Below, one piece after another: positions 35,319-45,900 of a DNA stretch of 64,000 nt. Position numbers and translations under genes: made by a program. The stretch lies in the NCBI GenBank assembly GCA_000092065.1, contig CP000597.1, one strand, 5' to 3'. The stretch's first letter is position 1; every line of letters begins with the position of its first letter. The notes below the pieces were generated by a model. The model did no database searches. It saw nothing but the letters and a program-made list of their open reading frames with translations, and had not been told where the DNA came from. The DNA is from Ostreococcus lucimarinus. Lineage: Eukaryota.

Positions 35319-36767
35319 ATGGATTCGTTGGTGAATGATGACGCGGCGGCGGCGGCGGCGGCGATGACGCGCGAGGACGACGCGACGGCGGCGATCGACG
35401 GCGCGGAGACGCGCGAGACGGGCGATGGCGGTGACATCGACGCACCGCGCGCGGACGAAGCGCGGAAACCGCCGACGAATCCGAATAAGAAACGGAAGTG
35501 CGCGGTGACGTTTGCCTACGTCGGCGCCGGGTACGCGGGCATGCAGCGAAACCCGGGCGTGCGGACGATCGAGGGGGAGCTGGAGGGCGCGATCGCGCGC
35601 GCGGGAGGGATATCCGATGCGAATGCGGGCGATTTCGCGAAAGTGCAGTGGACGCGGGCGGCGAGGACGGATAAGGGGGTGTCGGCGGTGGGGCAGGTGG
35701 TGGCGCTGAAGATGGTGTTGGAACCGAGCGGGATGGTGGAGAGGATTAACGCGGCTTTGCCGGAGCGATTTGAGGTGTTTGGGATCGATCGAGTCACCGG
35801 GGGGTTTAACGCGAAGACGATGTGCGATCGGCGACGGTATGAGTACGTGATACCGACGCGGGCGTTTGATCCGAATCTCGGCGCCGAGGGCGCGGCGGAG
35901 GCGTTCGCGTTTACGGAGGAGACGCGCTCGCGGGTGGACGGTGTGCTAAAAAATTACTGCGGGACGCATAATTTTCATAACTATACGGTTAAGGTGAAAC
36001 CAACGGACGCGCAAGCGAAGCGCTACATCATAAGCTTCGAATGCTCGGCGCCGTTTGAGGTGGAGGGCGAGCAATTCGTTCGGTGCCAAGTCGTCGGGCA
36101 GTCGTTCATGTTGCACCAGATTCGCAAGCTCATCGGCACCATGCTCGCCGTCGTTCGAGGTGAGCTGACCGAGGACGACCAGAAATTTGCACTGCTCACG
36201 CACGAATTCGTGCCGACGCCCATGGCGCCCGAACTCGGGCTCTTCCTTTGCGAGTGCATCTACAAGGCGTACAACGACAAATTCGGCGGCGTGCACGAAA
36301 ACTTTGAACTGGCCAAGTACAGCGAGCGAAGCGAGTCGTTCAAGCAAACGCACGTGTACCCGCACATCGCGAAACAAGAGCGAGAGGAATCAACCATGCA
36401 AAACTGGATCCGCGACGTCCTCTGCGGGCGCGATTTACGCGACCAATTCGACGCCGCCATGGCCGCCTCGCTCGCCCGAGACGAAACCCTCGACGTCTCG
36501 CGCGTCGGCCACAGACAATCAAAGAAGCGTCAATCCCTCGAGGATTCCCGCGCCGCGCGCGCCGACGCCGACGCCTTTCGAGACGTCCTCCTCGCCGGCG
36601 CCGATCGCGCCAAGTCTCGCAAGCTCTCCGTTCGTTTCAACGACAGGAGCGCCGAAATCGACCGCGCCGCGTCCGCCGCGCGCGTCGTCCCCATCGCGCC
36701 CCCCCCGCCCCCGACTTCTCGCGCTCGCGCGCTCGACGACGCCGAGCTCAGCGACGGTTCGCTGTAA
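35319..36767 (+). CDS. PUS1: tRNA pseudouridine synthase, TruA/PUS1 family
   Basis: ATG at 35319 (the ORF 34083.. extension is antisense to the neighbouring gene). Motifs: CAVTFAYVGAGYAGMQRN, catalytic RTDKGVSA, RRYEYVIP, GTHNFHNYT, FMLHQIRKLIG. Confidence 0.85.
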   Translation: MDSLVNDDAAAAAAAMTREDDATAAIDGAETRETGDGGDIDAPRADEARKPPTNPNKKRKCAVTFAYVGAGYAGMQRNPGVRTIEGELEGAIARAGGISDANAGDFAKVQWTRAARTDKGVSAVGQVVALKMVLEPSGMVERINAALPERFEVFGIDRVTGGFNAKTMCDRRRYEYVIPTRAFDPNLGAEGAAEAFAFTEETRSRVDGVLKNYCGTHNFHNYTVKVKPTDAQAKRYIISFECSAPFEVEGEQFVRCQVVGQSFMLHQIRKLIGTMLAVVRGELTEDDQKFALLTHEFVPTPMAPELGLFLCECIYKAYNDKFGGVHENFELAKYSERSESFKQTHVYPHIAKQEREESTMQNWIRDVLCGRDLRDQFDAAMAASLARDETLDVSRVGHRQSKKRQSLEDSRAARADADAFRDVLLAGADRAKSRKLSVRFNDRSAEIDRAASAARVVPIAPPPPPTSRARALDDAELSDGSL

Positions 36768-36950
36768 CGCCCATCGACGCCCATTTTCATCGCTTCGCCT
36801 CCCTCGCGCCTCGCGTCCCGCGTCCGTCGCTCCCGCCTAACCACCCCTGACGAGTCGTGACCCATCGGGACCCCCGTCGAGTTTAAACCGTGCGCGCGAG
36901 CCGCGGGCGGTCGCGCACTTCGCGACGCGCCGTCGCGCGCTACGACGCGC

Positions 36951-39900
36951 ATGCGGCTCGACGACGGCGACGACGCGCGACGAAGGGACGCGCGCGCGGT
37001 TCGAGCGCGCGCGACGCGGACGCCGACGCGCGCGGCGACCACGCGCGGCGATGTCGTCGACGCCGCTGCCGCCGATGATGACATCGACGACGACGCCGTC
37101 GCGCGACCGGACGCGACGCGACGACGACGACGCGACGACGACGCGACGACGACGACGCGCGATGATGAGACGACGCGCGCGCGAGAGGGCGCGAGCGGAC
37201 GCCGGCGAGCGCGGGAACGAGGGAGAGCGACGAGGCGTCGTCGACGGCTCGGGACGGCGGCGGCGGCGGCGGCGACGGCGGCGTTGGCGGCGACGGTCGA
37301 GCGCGTCGGCGTGGACGCGTCGACGGCGCTCACGAAGGGGGTGGCGAGGAATGGTTTCGTGTCGTCGAGCGGGTATAAGTACTATAAGGTGAATGTGGCG
37401 TGCGTGGAGGCGGCGCAGCCGCTGACGTTGGAGCTGACGACGAGCAACGGGGACGCGAACTTGTACGTGTCTCGATCGGCGCAGCCGACGACTTCGTCGT
37501 ACGAACAGCGGAGCGTGAACGTTGGAAATGCGTTGGATTCGGTGACGATCACGAGTCCGGTGAATGGGTACTATTACGTGAGCGTGTACGGCGCGCTGTC
37601 CAGCACGTACAAGCTTCGAGCGCTCACGACGATGTTTACCGGGAAACATCCGTGCACGGGATTTCGAATCACCGATAGCGACGTCTCGAGCGTTGGCTCG
37701 GGATCTGGAAATCAGTTCATACTGCAAGAAGCGCTCACCGCGAGCGCGGCGGCGGGATTCACCGCGGATGTGTCCGTCGACGGCGACGTCATCCTCGGCG
37801 ACGCGTACACCGATTCGGTGACGGCGAAAGGAGAGCTCAAGCTCGGCGTGACGGACAGTACGTACTACGCCATCACGCGACAATCGCCGAGCGCACCGAG
37901 CAGCAACCCGGGCGGCGCTTTGTCGATCGTCGGCGCGAACGCGACCTATCAGGGGGGATCGGTAAAGATTCTCGGCGGAACGGGCGGTTCGGGGGCGGGC
38001 GGCGACGTCGTGATCGAGGCGGGGTCGGCGTCTGGCGGCAACGGTGGCGATTTGAAGTTACGTGGCGGCACGTCGAACTCAGGAACGGGCGGCGACGTCG
38101 TCATAGATGCCGGAGATAGCACGACACAAGCATCTTCGTACGAGGGCATCATTCACATAGGTCCAACTTCTGCGTCGTTTGTGCGCGTCGGCGAGAGTTC
38201 AAATAAGCAAGTTCAAACCGATATTTTCGGCGACTTGACGGTGCACGGAAATCTCTTGACAACGAATGATGTGGTGTACGCGAACAGCTACACGAGTTAC
38301 GTGCAGGTTTCAACCTCTCAAGACGGCATGTTTCATCAAGAAGTGCGCGCGCCAAAGATTACAGGTCTGGACGCGGAGGACATCACGGGCACTCCAACGA
38401 GCACGTTGACTTTAGACGCTGGCATGCGAGGGAGTCAGCAACACGTCGTGATCGCTCCGAGCGAGGCAACGGCGGTTTACATAGGTAGCAGCACATCCAC
38501 GATTCCGGTCTCGATAAGGCAAGGCGCGAACGCAGGAGACGTGCGAGTGCACGCTGATGGCAGCGGCGCGCTGTCCGTGACTTCGGCCGCAGGGCAGGAC
38601 CTGACGCTCGCGTCCGGCGACGACGTGGTGGTGACCACCGCGGCGAGTAAGACGCTCGCGCTGAAGCAGGACTCGACGAGCATTTTGAGCTGGGACGCGG
38701 CCGGCGCTGTGACTGTGAACTCCGTGAGCGGGCAGGACCTGACGCTGAGCACGGGCGGTAGCGCGGCCGTGACTGTGGACTCGACCGGGCAGGTGGGCAT
38801 CGGGACGACGACGCCGGGGAAGACGCTGGACGTCACCGGGACGGCGCGCGTGAGTGGCGCGACGACGCTGAGTAGCACGCTTGACGTGACTGGCGCTACG
38901 ACGCTCGCATCCGTGGGCGTGACCGGTGCGGCCACCGTCGGCGGGACTTTAGGTGTGACTGGCGCTACGACGCTCGCATCCGTGGGCGTGACCGGCGCGG
39001 CCACCGTCGGCGGGACTTTAGGTGTGACTGGCGCTACGACGCTCGCATCCGTGGGCGTGACCGGCGCGGCCACCGTCGGCACGACGCTCGGCGTGACTGG
39101 CGCTACGACGCTCACCGGCGACGTGACGATGAGCAACGACTTGACCGTGAGCGGTGCGCTTACTGTGACATCTGATGCCGCTGTGAGTTTGACCTCTGCA
39201 AGTGGTTCGGACGTGAGCTTGACGAGCGCCGGTACGGGTGGCATCGTGTTGACGTCGACGGACGACATCACGCTCGATGCTGCCGATGATGTGACGATCG
39301 ATGCCGCCGGTGCTTTGTCTTTGGAGCAGGGCGGGACGAGTATTTTGAGCTGGACCGACACCGGCGCTGTGACTTTGAACTCCTTAGGCGGGCAGACCCT
39401 GAGCGTGTCGAGCCTCAGCTCGGCCGGGAACGCGGGCGCCGTGAGCGTGTCCGGCGGCACGACGACTGGGACGTCCTCGAACACCGGCGGCGACTTGACG
39501 CTGCAATCTGGCGGCGCGCCCGCTGGCAGCGTGAACGGTGACGTTCTGGTGGACTCGGCCACTGGTCTAGGCACCGCCGGCTCGATCACGCTTCGCCAGG
39601 GGGTGGGCGGTGAGCGTGTTTCTGTGGACGCGAACGGCGCCGTGAGTCTGGACACGCACTCCGGGCAGGACCTGACGCTGAGCACGGGCGGTAGCGCGGC
39701 CGTGACTGTGGACTCGACCGGGCAGGTGGGCATCGGGACGACGACGCCGGGGAAGACGCTGGACGTCACCGGGACGGCGCGCGTGAGTGGCGCGACGACG
39801 CTGAGTAGCACGCTTGGCGTGACTGGCGCTACGACGCTCGCATCCGTGGGCGTGACCGGTGCGGCCACCGTCGGCGGGACTTTAGGTGTGACTGGCGCTA

Positions 39901-42900
39901 CGACGCTCGCATCCGTGGGCGTGACCGGCGCGGCCACCGTCGGCACGACGCTCGGCGTGACTGGCGCTACGACGCTCACCGGCGACGTGACGATGAGCAA
40001 CGACTTGACCGTGAGCGGTGCGCTTACTGTGACATCTGATGCCGCTGTGAGTTTGACCTCTGCAAGTGGTTCGGACGTGAGCTTGACGAGCGCCGGTACG
40101 GGTGGCATCGTGTTGACGTCGACGGACGACATCACGCTCGATGCTGCCGATGATGTGACGATCGATGCCGCCGGTGCTTTGTCTTTGGAGCAGGGCGGGA
40201 CGAGTATTTTGAGCTGGACCGACACCGGCGCTGTGACTTTGAACTCCTTAGGCGGGCAGACCCTGAGCGTGTCGAGCCTCAGCTCGGCCGGGAACGCGGG
40301 CGCCGTGAGCGTGTCCGGCGGCACGACGACTGGGACGTCCTCGAACACCGGCGGCGACTTGACGCTGCAATCTGGCGGCGCGCCCGCTGGCAGCGTGAAC
40401 GGTGACGTTCTGGTGGACTCGGCCACTGGTCTAGGCACCGCCGGCTCGATCACGCTTCGCCAGGGGGTGGGCGGTGAGCGTGTTTCTGTGGACGCGAACG
40501 GCGCCGTGAGTCTGGACACGCACTCCGGGCAGGACCTGACGCTGAGCACGGGCGGTAGCGCGGCCGTGACTGTGGACTCGACCGGGCAGGTGGGCATCGG
40601 GACGACGACGCCGGGGAAGACGCTGGACGTCACCGGGACGGCGCGCGTGAGTGGCGCGACGACGCTGAGTAGCACGCTTGGCGTGACTGGCGCTACGACG
40701 CTCGCATCCGTGGGCGTGACCGGTGCGGCCACCGTCGGCGGGACTTTAGGTGTGACTGGCGCTACGACGCTCGGCGGGACTTTAGGTGTGACTGGCGCTA
40801 CGACGCTCGCATCCGTGGGCGTGACCGGCGCGGCCACCGTCGGCACGACGCTTGGCGTGACTGGCGCTACGACGCTCGGCGGGACTTTAGGTGTGACTGG
40901 CGCTACGACGCTCGCATCCGTGGGCGTGACCGGCGCGGCCACCGTCGGCACGACGCTCGGCGTGACTGGCGCTACGACGCTCGCATCTGTGGGCGTGACC
41001 GGTGCGGCCACCGTCGGCGGGACTTTAGGTGTGACTGGCGCTACGACGCTCACCGGCGACGTGACGATGAGCAACGACTTGACCGTGAGCGGTGCGCTTA
41101 CTGTGACATCTGATGCCGCTGTGAGTTTGACCTCTGCAAGTGGTTCGGACGTGAGCTTGACGAGCGCCGGTACGGGTGGCATCGTGTTGACGTCGACGGA
41201 CGACATCACGCTCGATGCTGCCGATGATGTGACGATCGATGCCGCCGGTGCTTTGTCTTTGGAGCAGGGCGGGACGAGTATTTTGAGCTGGACCGACACC
41301 GGCGCTGTGACTTTGAACTCCTTAGGCGGGCAGACCCTGAGCGTGTCGAGCCTCAGCTCGGCCGGGAACGCGGGCGCCGTGAGCGTGTCCGGCGGCACGA
41401 CGACTGGGACGTCCTCGAACACCGGCGGCGACTTGACGCTGCAATCTGGCGGCGCGCCCGCTGGCAGCGTGAACGGTGACGTTCTGGTGGACTCGGCCAC
41501 TGGTCTAGGCACCGCCGGCTCGATCACGCTTCGCCAGGGGGTGGGCGGTGAGCGTGTTTCTGTGGACGCGAACGGCGCCGTGAGTCTGGACACGCACTCC
41601 GGGCAGGACCTGACGCTGAGCACGGGCGGTAGCGCGGCCGTGACTGTGGACTCGACCGGGCAGGTGGGCATCGGGACGACGACGCCGGGGAAGACGCTGG
41701 ACGTCACCGGGACGGCGCGCGTGAGTGGCGCGACGACGCTGAGTAGCACGCTTGGCGTGACTGGCGCTACGACGCTCGCATCCGTGGGCGTGACCGGTGC
41801 GGCCACCGTCGGCGGGACTTTAGGTGTGACTGGCGCTACGACGCTCGGCGGGACTTTAGGTGTGACTGGCGCTACGACGCTCGCATCCGTGGGCGTGACC
41901 GGTGCGGCCACCGTCGGCGGGACTTTAGGTGTGACTGGCGCTACGACGCTCGGCACGACGCTCGGCGTGACTGGCGCTACGACGCTCGCATCCGTGGGCG
42001 TGACCGGCGCGGCCACCGTCGGCACGACGCTCGGCGTGACTGGCGCTACGACGCTCACCGGCGACGTGACGATGAGCAACGACTTGACCGTGAGCGGTGC
42101 GCTTACTGTGACATCTGATGCCGCTGTGAGTTTGACCTCTGCAAGTGGTTCGGACGTGAGCTTGACGAGCGCCGGTACGGGTGGCATCGTGTTGACGTCG
42201 ACGGACGACATCACGCTCGATGCTGCCGATGATGTGACGATCGATGCCGCCGGTGCTTTGTCTTTGGAGCAGGGCGGGACGAGTATTTTGAGCTGGACCG
42301 ACACCGGCGCTGTGACTTTGAACTCCTTAGGCGGGCAGACCCTGAGCGTGTCGAGCCTCAGCTCGGCCGGGAACGCGGGCGCCGTGAGCGTGTCCGGCGG
42401 CACGACGACTGGGACGTCCTCGAACACCGGCGGCGACTTGACGCTGCAATCTGGCGGCGCGCCCGCTGGCAGCGTGAACGGTGACGTTCTGGTGGACTCG
42501 GCCACTGGTCTAGGCACCGCCGGCTCGATCACGCTTCGCCAGGGGGTGGGCGGTGAGCGTGTTTCTGTGGACGCGAACGGCGCCGTGAGTCTGGACACGC
42601 ACTCCGGGCAGGACCTGACGCTGAGCACGGGCGGTAGCGCGGCCGTGACTGTGGACTCGACCGGGCAGGTGGGCATCGGGACGACGACGCCGGGGAAGAC
42701 GCTGGACGTCACCGGGACGGCGCGCGTGAGTGGCGCGACGACGCTGAGTAGCACGCTTGGCGTGACTGGCGCTACGACGCTCGGCGGGACTTTAGGTGTG
42801 ACTGGCGCTACGACGCTCGCATCCGTGGGCGTGACCGGCGCGGCCACCGTCGGCACGACGCTCGGCGTGACTGGCGCTACGACGCTCGCATCCGTGGGCG

Positions 42901-45900
42901 TGACCGGCGCGGCCACCGTCGGCACGACGCTCGGCGTGACTGGCGCTACGACGCTCACCGGCGACGTGACGATGAGCAACGACTTGACCGTGAGCGGTGC
43001 GCTTACTGTGACATCTGATGCCGCTGTGAGTTTGACCTCTGCAAGTGGTTCGGACGTGAGCTTGACGAGCGCCGGTACGGGTGGCATCGTGTTGACGTCG
43101 ACGGACGACATCACGCTCGATGCTGCCGATGATGTGACGATCGATGCCGCCGGTGCTTTGTCTTTGGAGCAGGGCGGGACGAGTATTTTGAGCTGGACCG
43201 ACACCGGCGCTGTGACTTTGAACTCCTTAGGCGGGCAGACCCTGAGCGTGTCGAGCCTCAGCTCGGCCGGGAACGCGGGCGCCGTGAGCGTGTCCGGCGG
43301 CACGACGACTGGGACGTCCTCGAACACCGGCGGCGACTTGACGCTGCAATCTGGCGGCGCGCCCGCTGGCAGCGTGAACGGTGACGTTCTGGTGGACTCG
43401 GCCACTGGTCTAGGCACCGCCGGCTCGATCACGCTTCGCCAGGGGGTGGGCGGTGAGCGTGTTTCTGTGGACGCGAACGGCGCCGTGAGTCTGGACACGC
43501 ACTCCGGGCAGGACCTGACGCTGAGCACGGGCGGTAGCGCGGCCGTGACTGTGGACTCGACCGGGCAGGTGGGCATCGGGACGACGACGCCGGGGAAGAC
43601 GCTGGACGTCACCGGGACGGCGCGCGTGAGTGGCGCGACGACGCTGAGTAGCACGCTTGGCGTGACTGGCGCTACGACGCTCGCATCCGTGGGCGTGACC
43701 GGTGCGGCCACCGTCGGCGGGACTTTAGGTGTGACTGGCGCTACGACGCTCGCATCCGTGGGCGTGACCGGCGCGGCCACCGTCGGCACGACGCTCGGCG
43801 TGACTGGCGCTACGACGCTCGCATCCGTGGGCGTGACCGGCGCGGCCACCGTCGGCACGACGCTTGGCGTGACTGGCGCTACGACGCTCGGCGGGACTTT
43901 AGGTGTGACTGGCGCTACGACGCTCGCATCCGTGGGCGTGACCGGCGCGGCCACCGTCGGCACGACGCTCGGCGTGACTGGCGCTACGACGCTCGCATCT
44001 GTGGGCGTGACCGGTGCGGCCACCGTCGGCGGGACTTTAGGTGTGACTGGCGCTACGACGCTCACCGGCGACGTGACGATGAGCAACGACTTGACCGTGA
44101 GCGGTGCGCTTACTGTGACATCTGATGCCGCTGTGAGTTTGACCTCTGCAAGTGGTTCGGACGTGAGCTTGACGAGCGCCGGTACGGGTGGCATCGTGTT
44201 GACGTCGACGGACGACATCACGCTCGATGCTGCCGATGATGTGACGATCGATGCCGCCGGTGCTTTGTCTTTGGAGCAGGGCGGGACGAGTATTTTGAGC
44301 TGGACCGACACCGGCGCTGTGACTTTGAACTCCTTAGGCGGGCAGACCCTGAGCGTGTCGAGCCTCAGCTCGGCCGGGAACGCGGGCGCCGTGAGCGTGT
44401 CCGGCGGCACGACGACTGGGACGTCCTCGAACACCGGCGGCGACTTGACGCTGCAATCTGGCGGCGCGCCCGCTGGCAGCGTGAACGGTGACGTTCTGGT
44501 GGACTCGGCCACTGGTCTAGGCACCGCCGGCTCGATCACGCTTCGCCAGGGGGTGGGCGGTGAGCGTGTTTCTGTGGACGCGAACGGCGCCGTGAGTCTG
44601 GACACGCACTCCGGGCAGGACCTGACGCTGAGCACGGGCGGTAGCGCGGCCGTGACTGTGGACTCGACCGGGCAGGTGGGCATCGGGACGACGACGCCGG
44701 GGAAGACGCTGGACGTCACCGGGACGGCGCGCGTGAGTGGCGCGACGACGCTGAGTAGCACGCTTGACGTGACTGGCGTTACGACGCTCGCATCCGTGGG
44801 CGTGACCGGTGCGGCCACCGTCGGCACGACGCTCGGCGTGACTGGCGCTACGACGCTCGCATCCGTGGGCGTGACCGGTGCGGCCACCGTCGGCGGGACT
44901 TTAGGTGTGACTGGCGCTACGACGCTCGGCACGACGCTCGGCGTGACTGGCGCTACGACGCTCGCATCCGTGGGCGTGACCGGCGCGGCCACCGTCGGCA
45001 CGACGCTCGGCGTGACTGGCGCTACGACGCTCACCGGCGACGTGAGCGTCGGGACTTCCTCGGCTTTGAGTTTTGGTTCTGCAACCCGGCAGATGATCAA
45101 CTTATATGGAACAAACAACGCCATCGGCGTGCAATCGTCCACGATGTATTTTCGTAGTGCTTATAACTTTGCCTTTTTTGAAGGCGGCGTGTACACCAAC
45201 ACAGAGCTCGATCCGGGTTCGGGTGGCACTTTGCGCATGATGATTCAGAAAACCACGGGCAACGTCGGTATCGGGACGGCGAGTCCAGATTATGAACTCG
45301 ACGTGGTAGGCGATATCAACTTTTCTGGGAATCTCTATCAGGGTGGTTCGCTGTTTGCCTCCCCCTGGACGGAGAGCAGCGGTAACGTGTATCGCAGTAG
45401 CGGTAACGTCGGCATCGGGCTGACGAATCCGACCTACAATCTGCACGTTGCTGGAACGGGGCGCGTTAGTACGACGCTATCGGTGGGTCAAGATTTAACC
45501 ATCGACACGGCTGGCGACTTGAACTTTGCGGCGACGCATCGTCAGATGATCAACCTCCGCGTCGGCGCCGAGGGTTTCGGGATCGGGACGCAGATGGACA
45601 CGACGTACTTTCGCTCTCCGGGCCACTTTGCGTTCTACGAAGACGGAACGCACAGCACCACTGACTTGGACGCGAACGGTGGCACCGCGCGTCTGGTGAT
45701 CAGGAGCGGCGGGAAGGTGGGCATCGGGCGGACGAATCCGAGCTATGATCTCGACGTGGTAGGCGATATCAACTTTTCTGGGAATCTCTATCAGGGCGGT
45801 TCTCTGTTCCCGTCCCCCTCCCCCTGGACGGAGAGCGGCAGTAACGTGTATCGTAGTAGCGGTAACGTCGGCATCGGGCTGACGAATCCGAGCTACAAAC

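Noticed and set aside
38730-45040. The regular repeat array considered as a possible CRISPR or other prokaryotic repeat locus
   Set aside because: There is no repeat-spacer organisation. The units are 864-1107 bp, in frame, and coding. The surrounding genes are eukaryotic and contain spliceosomal introns.
38477-45142. A 2,221-aa ORF on the minus strand, antisense to the giant repeat gene (VAPVTPSVVPTVAAPVTPTDASV...)
   Set aside because: It exists only because the repeat unit lacks stop codons in the antisense frame and is copied many times. It has no independent start or end context outside the array. The sense strand has recognisable flanking domains (PPC-like, tail-fibre-like).
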